A stretch of 64,000 nt of DNA from Lingula anatina (taxonomy: Eukaryota; Animalia; Brachiopoda): contig CM120642.1 in assembly GCA_051362555.1 (NCBI GenBank), forward strand, positions 22,630,001 to 22,694,000, given 5' to 3'. The position numbers and the translations under genes were made by a program. Within the stretch, counting starts at the first letter, position 1, and the number at the start of each line of letters is the position of its first letter. The notes under the pieces are model-generated. The model worked only from the letters and a program-made list of their open reading frames with translations, was not told the origin of the DNA and made no database searches. Positions 1 through 32,400 of this stretch are shown here, one piece after another.

Positions 1-160
1 TTTCCTCACAATTTTGTTGCAAATTGTAATTTTCTACATAAGAAAAATTGAGAGTTCTTGTTTATTGTATTTTAATGTAGGTGCTGTCCCATATGAATGC
101 ACTGACTTCAGTTGTTGTTACAATATCCGGAGGCGATATCGCCTCTCTGATCCTCTAGTT
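1..160 (+). mobile_element. 3' end of non-autonomous Helentron family A (HINE-A) in a BET intron
   Basis: GTTGTTACAATATCCGGAGGCGATATCGCCTCTCTGATCCTCTAGTT (subTIR, hairpin, CTAG-TT end) is homologous to the reverse complement of 17050-17130. Confidence 0.75.
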
Positions 161-292
161 AAAATTTGTTGTTGCCTTTGTTGTTATTATTATATTATTG
201 CAATATGATTGCATCAGAATTAACAGTTACTGATTTTGTACATCATTTTTCTGCCTTGTGTGTGTACATTTGACAGCTTTGGTGCCCTGTTT
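161..292 (+). mobile_element. 3' end of non-autonomous Helentron family B (HINE-B)
   Basis: TGTGTGTACATTTGACAGCTTTGGTGCCCTGTTT is a reverse-complement homolog of the termini at 5752, 9325 and 14281. Confidence 0.7.
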
Positions 293-540
293 AGCAATTC
301 ACAACAGTAGGAAATGCTTTTGTGTGTGTAACAAACTCATAAAAGCTTGACCAAACTTACTCAAAATATGTATTTGCATTACATGCTTCCTCCCATCAGT
401 TATATGCGTTTCTCTAAAGTAAGTCTTAATTATCCAGTGAAAATGTGTTGCAAGGAGATCTTTGTTTTATTAAAATTCTGCATTATGAATAATCCCATTA
501 TTTAATTTGTTATTATTATTATTAATTTATTTTGTATTAG

Positions 541-1989
541 CTTCAAGTGGAGTTAGTGGCTCATTTGGTGTCCCCTCTCTCAGTTCTTCTGGGAGCAGTG
601 AAAATCTAAAAAAACTGGCAGACAAAGGACAGAAAAAGGTATAAATTACAGTTGAGAGATATGACATATTTCTGAATGAAAAAAATCTGACATTTTACTA
701 TTATGAATGTAAAGAAATAATATCTGTACTTATTAACATACAGTTTACATACTTTTCCTTTATAATATTACGATTTTGTTGTTAAAGTAGCATTATAGAA
801 ACATTTTTTAAAAAAGTAAATTAATATGAAAGGTCTTTAATTGTAGGATGTAAAGATCAAGAACATAGGCTCATGGTCCAGTTTAGCAAATTTGTCTAGC
901 AGCCAGTCCGGTGGTTCTGGAGTCAAGAAGACGAGTGCTGCACACAGTTTTGAACTGTTCAAGAAGCAGGCTAAAGAGAAAGAGGAGAGAGAAAGGCTGC
1001 TCAAGATGCAAGAGGAACAGAGGAAACGGGACAAAGAACAAGCTGAGAAGGAGAGACACAAAGCAGAGCAGGAAAGGCAAAGGTTAGAGGCAATAATTTG
1101 AAGAAAGAATGTTTTTAGTAACTGATAATCTTATGTTCTTTACAAGTAAACACTTATGCAATAGTCATGAATTACTTGTTAGACAGTTTTCCTATGTCTG
1201 TCATTGTCTGTCATTGTCTTCCATATCTGCCTGATGACTTAAGATGAAAAACCTCCTGCACAAAAAGATATTAACATTTCAACTGGTGTGATATAGAAAA
1301 CTATACCACTCAATATATTAAGGGCCTTACACATTCGATTCCTTGTGAAACACTTAGTAAGCTGAATCTGTATGGCATGTTCTTCATCTGTGCTGTCATT
1401 TATTTTAGACAGGTGAATTTTGTTTATTAACAGGGGATTTAGTGCAGTTTTAGATTAGATGGATTTCAAAGGAATCTTACTGAGTACTATATAGGACATG
1501 CCTGTTGTATTCTGCAGGGAGCGCGAGGAAGAGGAAGCTTTGGAAAAAGCTAGACAGTCACAACTTCAACAACAGAGACAACAAGAGCAGGAAGAACAAG
1601 AAAAACGCAATGCAGAGAGGGAGAGAGAAAGGATGAGGGAGACTGAGAGGAGAAGAAGAGCAGCTGTAAGCAGATAAACTTACAAATATCAATATTATAT
1701 ATAAAAGGGAGAGAGGGTTAGGGTTTGTGGCAGATCATCAATATGCTTGTAATTCACTATAGAACTATTATGGATGATAAAACTTAGCAAAAGTTTTCGA
1801 GTCAAAATATTTAAGCCATGTAGTGCAGGGTACAAATCTGATTGGAAAAAAACTTTTATCTCTGATTGTCCTTGATGTTACTAGATTGAAATGGAAATGT
1901 TTTCAATACCTTTTTTTTTCCAGCTTGCCAATCAAATTGACATGAATGCCCAGAGTGAATTAATGGCTTCCTTTGAAGAGATGCTGTAA
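541..1989 (+). CDS. BRD4: BET-family bromodomain protein (BRD4/fs(1)h long-isoform type), 3' end only; exons 541-638, 847-1082, 1518-1665, 1924-1989
   Basis: GT-AG exons join in frame (phases 1/0/2/0). They encode DVKIKNIGSWSSL, SFELFKKQAKEKEERER, a charged coiled coil and LANQIDMNAQSELMASFEEML*, the BRD4/BRDT/fs(1)h C-terminal motif. The invertebrate gene is probably co-orthologous to BRD2/3/4/T. Upstream exons lie outside the window. Confidence 0.93.
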
Positions 1990-3870
1990 TGAAGTCTTCA
2001 TGGAGTGTTCAAAAGACAAATTTCTTGCTGACATTAGAAGTGACTTTCCTTCAAGACATATTGGACCATGCATGTCTTCTCTTTGCTGATGCTTTTTCAG
2101 TTTGTTCACAGACATTATCTTTTCCTTGAGGATAATAGGACATGGGTCTGCTTCAACTTTCAGAGAGCTATGTTTCAGATACAGTCAGTCACCTTGAATC
2201 ATAATGTTAACTCATTGTTGACTGAGGTCATTTTAGCTGTATTTCATTGGAAAGAATGATGTACTGTACAAAAGCATAATGTTCCTTTGATAGGTAAATG
2301 TGCCTATCATTCCAATCTACAGTGTTAATGCTGTCAGCTAACCAAGTGGCTGGCTAAGTTTTTTCAATCCAAAGAGAGCAGATAGAGGAAATGTTAAAGT
2401 AGGTAAAATTGTTACTTGCATGATAACAAGTTACTAGTAAGTGTACAGATATTCTCAATATGATAAACATACAATCTGAAGTAGGCAACCCTTGTGTTAG
2501 CCAATGTGTGATTTGACTTGAAAATGTCATTAGATTTCTTATACTCTTTGACATTAAATTTTCTGTGGAGTTCCAGTGCTGATTTTACAGCATTACAATA
2601 TTGCCTCTGTTACACAGGTGTTAAGAATTATAACTCATTCCATGTCATTTTTTATTTGCTTTTTTATTTTTACTGGTATTTTCCATGTTTTAAGTTTAAA
2701 AGTGCTGAATTATAAGAATAATTAGAAAATGTTTAAAATTAATAGGATGTAATTATTAAAACTATTCAGCTTGCCATTGTTTCTGTATTTTTGTTTACTT
2801 TTTTTAACCATCCCTAAAAAACTCCTGTGGCATTTTTTTTTCTTATCCCTTTGCATCTTTTACCCCTTTGTAATCAATATTGCCCACCTTCAGTAATCTG
2901 TTTGAATTACAGACCTACAATAGCTAGTCTTTCTGTAAAATTCTGTGTAACATATATTTAAAAGAAAAAGAATTATACAAATATTTAAAAAAAATAATTT
3001 CTGGGACTTATTCTTCTTTGCACAATTCATGATCATAGTCACCTTGTCATGTGGACATTATGGCAGTGGTGAATAGGAGAGTTTTGATATGGTCAATTTT
3101 ATTAAGAGAATGTTACATTACAGATGTTTTGTTGTCAAGTTGGTATTGTCGTTCTGTTAAACCTCAACTGCTTGCAAGAAAAGGCCAGCAGTGCCAGTTG
3201 ATGCACTATTTTACCAACTATATTCTTGTAGTTTTGATACGTATTTTGTATATATCTCAGTAAATTGTACATTTCTGTCAACTGTATTTAATCTTAGACC
3301 CCAGAGATTATGGAGTTGAAAAAGAAAAACTTGCAAAATTCATTTGTCATTTAAATTATTATGTAACTGATATTTGTTTACACTGTACATAAAGTTAGAT
3401 GTAGCTGGAATTGTACAGACATCAACTCATCTACATGTATGTACAGTTTTCTATGATGCAACCTCCATGTTGATACTTGAGTATATCATAACATTTTGTT
3501 TTTTCATCAAGAAGTGCTTGATTTGTATGTTTGCAATATTTGTGTAGTATTGGCTCTCTTGTAATGTTATGGTTTGTCGTTTACACACACACGTCATGTT
3601 ATTCCAGGTCATAAAGGAACACAAAGTTTGCTAAAATAAGTGTTGAATTTCAGGGACATTGGTTATTATGCTGACATTTCATTGTTCAGGATGCTTATGG
3701 GTTTATTCATGTAAATTTCATACTTTAGAATTGCTATGTGAAATAATGTTGGTTTATGATTGAAGTATTTTGTAGAAAATTAACATTTTGTGACCTGGTA
3801 TAATTGCATATTTGAAGAAAATAATATGCTTTTTGGGTTTGTGACAAGGCAGTTCTGAAATTAAAAAAAA
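1990..3870 (+). other. Putative long 3' UTR of the BET gene
   Basis: U-rich, repeat-free stretch after the stop, with TGTAHATA Pumilio-like motifs (~3248, ~3384) and a candidate ATTAAA poly(A) signal at 3860-3865. The end point is inferred. Confidence 0.45.
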
Positions 3871-4804
3871 ATCATACAAAGCAATGTTTCAAAATACGTA
3901 GCCCAGTACATTTTTGCCAGTATTTTAGAATAATTAAATTAAGACAGCTCTGATATACAATTATAGAACCTAGTACATAGTGAATTATCTTGCCTTGCTG
4001 GTGATTAGTGGAGATCTCAATGCCACTGTGATAGTGTGTCATGCAAAAGAAAACTGGCATTTCTCCATTTGTGGGGGATTTCACTGTTATTAGCATGTCA
4101 GTATGGATTGATGGACGTATCCATGCTTTTGTAGAGCTAGTTTTGACATTTGTTGAAAAGATCTGCCTAAATATGTAGATGGGAATAACTATGGAATAAA
4201 GATGAAGAAATCTGGAATCTTTTTTATGTACACACACAATTATGGCCTCAATTGTGAACTCTTCCCTATACCTATACATTAAATTTGTCATGAGCAATAC
4301 ACTGCAGAGTGAGACCGATGTTATGCACTAGGTCATCCCTCCTTGTCTTTGCTCCCAAGGTGTACATTCTGGTGGTTTGGTCCTAATCTGTATTGATTAA
4401 ACATATTTAACTACTTTTTAAGTAGTTACAAGCTTTTCTTTAATCATTCTTCATAAAATTTTTTATTATCATTTTTCCTTCTTAATTTCATGGCAATGGA
4501 TTCACAACATTGAATATTTTACATATTTATTGGCAAAATAGTTTTTTCTCTTGGTCTTTTTAACATTCATCATTCCTTTTCTTTTAGCTATTGCAAGAAA
4601 CAAACTTCCTTCAGAATTCATAGCTCTATTCATGATCAATTTCTTCAAAACTATTGTAAAGAAAAGTTTTCCCTTAAGATGGTGTATCATCAAATGATAC
4701 ATGATGCTAAACGATTATTTAGAAAAAAAAAACACACCTAGCAACATTATGTCAACAAAATTTAAAAAAAAACAAAAAATACCCCTTTCATGACAGCGCA
4801 TCTT

Positions 4805-25984
<21,180 letters not shown>

Positions 25985-26110
25985 CCTGTCATGTTTTCTC
26001 TACATCTATGATGTTATCGTAAAATATCGCGTAAGGTAGACCCACAATGCATCATTTCGTGAATTTCCGCTTCCGTGTTCCATGACAACTATGTAAACTC
26101 AACATGGCGA
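25985..26110. promoter_or_regulatory. Compact bidirectional promoter, SURF2 / AXDND1
   Basis: Divergent first exons ~120 bp apart in a locally CpG-richer patch. ZNF143/Staf-like GACCCACAATGCATC 26039-26053, tandem ETS TTTCCGCTTCCG 26064-26075, RFX X-box-like TGTTCCATGACAAC 26076-26089, YY1-like AACATGGCG 26101-26109. Confidence 0.75.
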
Positions 26111-26475
26111 CTAAACAGATATTTTTGCAGGTATGATTTCAATATTTTCCATCTTATGTACTAATATTAGAAATATATAACTTTCAGTTGGTAATCATAT
26201 GTGAATCATCTCATAAGTAATAATTATTTGCATGTAAGTTTTTCTCTCATGCGTCTTTGTGGTTTTTTAAGAAGTTCATTCTTCCTATTTTTTAGTCCGA
26301 AGTACACTGTACTAAAGTCAAATAAGAAGCTAATTTACTCACTACGTGTAATTCTTCCTGACAAGAGAGCATTTACACTCCTTTTTTGTTTCAAAACAGA
26401 TATAACAGGCATTCACAACGTAATACAGCTTTAGTCTTGACATTTCAGATTTCCTAAAACAGTGCTTAGTACAGA

Positions 26476-29400
26476 ATGAGTACTGCAGTAGTACCAAGAG
26501 AGATGCAGCTAGCACCCAGCCCTCCTGGGGCCCAAAAGAGTACACCCTCAGAAACCCCCCGGAGTATTAAAAAGGCAGTAGTGCCCATTACAAAAGACAG
26601 AAATAGTAGGTTATTTACAGTGTCAGTATATTAAATTAGTTTCGTTAGTTGTTGGTAATTGTAATAATATTCTTACAGTCGGGATGACATCACACGTCCT
26701 AGCAACCAGCAAGTTCACCAGAAATGGGATATAACAAATTGAAAAACATGGCAGATTGCATTGATTTGTATGTTAAAGTTGTCAAAATTTGTCCGATGAT
26801 ATCATATTTCACAGGGTTTGACTATTTGTGTCAGGGAGGAAAGGCTATTCACTAGGTTGATTTCCGTTGCTGGCCCTTGTAATAAGCAGCTGCACACTTG
26901 GTTAAGAGATAAAAAATTGGCCTTAGATATCGATCGTTATCTGTGATCAGGAATCTTACAACTGTCGATTGCAAGAACTCATTTGCTTACCTGGATGACC
27001 GTAATATTCATATCTCTTTGAAGAGCACATCTTCAACAAGCAATTGATTTTATCAACTTTTGACATTGCATTGCTGGCAAATGTTACAGGTAAATTTTAG
27101 GCTTGACGGTACTGTTACTGTGTATCTCTGAGTTAGTCATACAACAGTGATACACATACAAAAGCAAAATGGCAAAAGCTTGTAGTGTACCAGGCTGCAT
27201 TGCCAACACATCCAAAAAATCGGATAGGAATTTTTTAATTCCCAAAGACTATGCATATGTGACAAAAGACATGGTTTTTGATCAAAACAAGATTTGGTCC
27301 TTTACTACAAGATATGTGTACTAGTATGTGTGTTCAGTTCATTTTATTACAGATAAGGAGAGAGTCGTTTTGCATTATCAATACTGGTAACAGTAGTGTT
27401 TTTCTCCTTCAAAAAGTCATCAAGCAGGTGTTCATACTGTCCTCCCAGGCATGAATTAATACATGTATACAGACCAAAGGAAGCCTTTGGAGTGAAGCCA
27501 AAGCCTTTATAACATTACCCCCATCCCATTCCCTCTGGCTGTTTAGCACAGGTGATTTAATACAGTTTTTGGTAACTTTATAATGATGATTATGTTCTTA
27601 TTACTTCTTGGTGATGGACACTTTCCAGGTCTTCCTCACATTCCACATCTGAAAAAAATGCGTTTTTTTTTCACCACCTCATACTTAGGGTTGACACTTG
27701 TGTAAGTGTCAGTTAAGGCTGATTTTATCCCATAACCAGTAACACAGTGGCTAATTACAAAGGCCTATGAAGGAAATCATCCAGGTAAATGGCACCCCTC
27801 CCCCTGATATAAGTGGTCAAGCACTGTGAAGTACAATACCGTCAGACAAAGTCTGATAACTTTGATATAGAAGTCAATGCAATCTGCAAGTTTTTTTTAT
27901 TTGTTATACAAAAATTCAATACTAGGTTATTAATATTCTTAATTCAACTTGACCATCTTGGTATGGTCTATTTATGAATCATCGGTTCATTTGCCATATT
28001 GGCCACTCAAGAAGATATAGTAAGTGGCTCTTCTTGGCAATATGGCAGACACCCCGACAATAAACAAATCATACCGTTATATAATTTAAGTTGGGTCAGT
28101 GATATTTATTTCCTGGTAATATATATTGCTTTTATAATTCATATTTTCTTGAGATTGAATATTTCCTATGATGTTTTAAAGTACTTGCTTCCGGCATCAT
28201 TTCTATAGTATTATATTGCACTAAGATGCTCTGTACAATACAGTGTATCGTGCACGGCATCTCAGTACAATACAATGTGGTGTATTGTGCATTTTAGGTA
28301 AACCAGTGGTTATATTATTAGCATTTCTTCTCATACATGATATCCCAAAATCATAATGTGCATGTTGTCAAAAATTGTATTTACTGTAAAATCTCAAATA
28401 GAATTAGACTTTTAAAAAATTGTTCAAAATTATTTTCCAAAGAAAGACCAAAATAATTGCTGGAATTTCAAAATGCAAATTAAAGAGAAATGATGATTTG
28501 GGAGATAGGACAATTATCTGGTGTTTAGACCAGCTACTTGCATGAAATATGTTTTGAAAGAAAATCCAAAATGTGGTACGTGTTTTTCATTCTTGTATTT
28601 TTGACATGACAAATGTAAGGAGATTGCAACTGAAATATACATCTAACAATTTAGTGATGATAGTTAAAAATGAAATTGAAATACAGGGTGGTCCTTAAAA
28701 AACAACATTATATTTCCACCTCAATTTAAATAAAGCCGTTTTTATGGACCACCCTGTACTTCATTATTTTGTTTTAAAAGCTTTAAAAACAAATGCAATA
28801 ATATGGTTGGGAATAGTGTTAAATAGTTGGATGCATTGTCACGTATTTAAGGATCATTTCCAGCTGCTCTATCTCCACTGAGGACCAGTGACCATGTGGT
28901 GGATAGAACCAAGCCTCTGCCCACATCCTTACAGAGTGACTTTGTCCCAGAGGATCTGTTGTTTGCATTGACACAGCCCCCAGTGCCACAGGAACAGCTT
29001 GGACCACCTCCAAGATTCAGGAATCTAGATGTTTCAAATGTAAGTTTATGTTGAATACTGAGGCTAAATATACAATTTGTTTGTAAGATTTGTATTGTTT
29101 TGTGCCTGTGGATAAACATCATGTTTTTAATGAGTTTCAGTGGGGAGCATATCAATGCATCCATGTAAAGGAAGACATCTTAGGTCCTTATATATTCACA
29201 GCCAAATTATGTTACAAACTGTAAGCAATTATTTTTTTCTACTTCTTATTTGTTATTTAATCTTTCAGAATAAAACAAGAAGGAAGCCAGCCAATGTATG
29301 GAATTTTTCCAAAAGAAGAGATAAATTTAAGCATTTGACAGAACAAACACTCTGTTCTTGTGGTGCTGGAAAGTAAGTTACAATATATTAATTGGCATAT

Positions 29401-32400
29401 GAATGTTTTCTTTGCTATATCGCTGGGTTCTATCTGCAGGTTCGAGGGAGGAGGGGGGATAGTGGAATTACCTTGTGAGTCCTTCTGTCAATCTGGGTGA
29501 ATTTACTTGAAGACTTTTATGCTAGGATGATGATAGGGACATTTAACTGTCTGGATGGCCTTGTGTTAGCCTCTCAAGTAGGATGGTTCGAGCCATCTGA
29601 GGACATGCCAGTCATTCATAAATGGTACCTGCTGTCCCCCCTTGACACTCAGTACTCAGGGGTTGGGCCAGGGGTAATTTTTCCTAGTCTGGCAGTGAAA
29701 GATTTTGTTTATTTGCTGGCTTTCTTGGACTCAGATGCAGCAACATCAACACCCAGTCTGTATCAGGGTCAAAAATTACAAGACATCTACCGGTATAGTA
29801 AATTGCACTGAGATGCATGTAGAGTTCAGTGAAAAGAATTAAATTTTACTTTCTTTTCACATTTGTCATGACCAGATGATGTGCAGTATGGATATTCTGG
29901 TCACCAGGTTATAGGCCAAGGTCCCTGAATCCACCATAAATTTGAATGTTTTATTGTTTTCCATATGTTTAGTTGCAATTTTAACTCTGATGGAGAAACC
30001 TCATTCTTGTTGTAGGGATATATCTTTCCTTTATGATGTACCAGAGCCAGAGAAAAATCCAGAAGAAGGTAAACCAGACCTCTATGATGTCAGTGTTGTT
30101 AGGAAAGATGAACCACCAAAGAAAAGCCTTCAGCTTCCTGATACACTAATTCCTGAGGAGTATCATGTTGTGAAAAACAAGGGAGTTATGGGACTAGAGT
30201 ACCATGATGAGTGAGTTTAAGCTTTTTTTTCTTATAATTTTAAAAATTCACTGGAGGGAAAAAGAAAAGCAAGGTCATTAGTTAAGATATTTCAATTTCA
30301 TATCTAGAAATTATTCCCTGCATTACATTTATAATCCTTTTTTCCTCATAATAGCCCAGTGCTTTTTTCATAATTTGAATAAATTATGTCCCAATTTTAT
30401 GAGAATTAGTGAAAGATTATTTCACAACAGCATATTAAAAAAAGTAATGTATTTCAGTAAATATACAACAAAACCAGAAGACCATGTTCAGCATCTAGTG
30501 ATGTTCCCATCAATGTAAGTATTATTTGTGTACATCCATAAATATTAAGATTGATAAAAGAAAATGATGTCTATGATTATTTTAAATTTCTGTATACAGA
30601 CATTATTATTTTTTGAAAAATGAATGAATAGCACTCACCATGTATACTACTATATTCAAAAATTGCAGAATGGAAATATAGCCTTATTCGGGCATATAAA
30701 GTTGGTTTTAAACTAGAAAAAGTGTCACAATCCATGGGATGTAGGTCTTACGAAAAGTATTGTTGTCTCAGATACCAAAACATCCATACAGTTATGCAAT
30801 TGACTGCAATTCAGCAAAACTTAAGAGGAATCAACCAGGAAGTATCATGATATGACTTCCCTTAGCAAATTATTGGGCCTACTGCAAATTAGCAGCAATA
30901 AATTTTTTCTTGCAAACTCCTGCAAGCTCTTTGCTGCAGAGTTTGCACCAATATTAGCATACTTTTCATTTTGCTCAGGGGTTTATTTGTTGCCACACCA
31001 CACTTGCTAGTCTGCCATTAATCTTTATCCCACTCTCCTCCAAATCCTGTAAATCTTGTCTGATTTTACAATAATTTCTACACGTTATGCTATCTGGAAA
31101 TAGGCCCATACATGTTGGCAATTTGACTGTGACAAATGCAACTTATATTGAAAAACAGTTTTAACTTTTTTTTTAAATATTTCAAACACAATTCTGGTAT
31201 CATTTTATCAACAATATGACACTTTTCCTTGATAATTTGTATAACTCCTTTACTTGAATAATAATTATGGATTCCTGTAAAATGCCTCATGTACTGGTAT
31301 CAATTTATCACTCAGGAAACCTAGCAGTAGATATGAAGTGATACAACTGAAGAAAACAATGGAGCAGATGCTAGACAGGCTGGGCATTGATGATGATGAC
31401 ATTGAAGTCAAGGGACCAACACAGATGCACAATCTTCTTGAACTTATTAAAAAGGAGCAAAACATCTTCAATATTGTGTTCCATGAGTTGATAAGACAGG
31501 TGAGAATTCTTTATTTGCTAACCCAAGAGACTGAAAACATAAGTTAGTACTTGAGTTAAAATTTTTGAAACATGTGACAAGGTTATTATATGTGTCAATT
31601 GAATAGGAGAAACAGACACTAATTTTATGCTATATATTATCACAAACTAAACATTTTCTATATCAGACATAAGCTTTTTCCGTGGAAATGTTGGATTCCG
31701 TGTTTTTTTTATTCAATTCTAATGGTTCCTGAGATTTGTCAAGATCTGCAATAAAATCTGGTTCAGAGTTTTTTTTTTTTTCAAACCTAGGCTCATGACT
31801 GCTATATAACCTTTATAGATATTATTACAGATGTATCTATAGCAGGTTTTGTTTGTGTTTCAGACCAGTGTAGAGTGTGTTGAGAGGGGAGAACTATTGT
31901 CAGATCTGAGGAATAAATACAGTGGATTGCTCAATAAAGTGCCAAGGCAAATAAAAAGGTAATGGGAAGTGTATTTTATATGTCCTTATATATGGTAAAT
32001 TTTATAATGCACTCTTTTATAAAAAGTTCACCACTCTTGTAAATTGATAAAAACTCAGACTTTTGATTTGACCTTTTCATGTCCGTTTATAGTCAATTGC
32101 CAAAAAGTTTATGTTTTTATCTCTGTTTGTTTATCTTCAGTCTAACTCAAAAAGGTCATGGATGGATTTTGATGAAATTTCCAGGATAGGTCAGAAATGG
32201 ACAAACTTAAAAGTGATTAGATTTTAGTGGTGATCCATTAACCAGATCACTACCTTGAGCCAAAAATCTTGAAATGATTCTTCAGCATTGTGAGATATGG
32301 TCCATGACCTTGACCCATTGTGTTCTTACATTTATAACTACTACAATTTATCACTGTAAACTTTATTGGCAGAGGTCTACAGTCTGTGAGTGCTTTTCCA

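Noticed and set aside
1231-1249. CTGATGA...GAAA hammerhead-like core
   Set aside because: No proper stem II closing pair, and no stems I/III or NUH site could be built.
3872-4297. 141-aa minus-strand ORF between BET and SURF2
   Set aside because: Non-ATG first codon, no recognisable motif, and no splice connection to SURF2, whose stop is at 4805.
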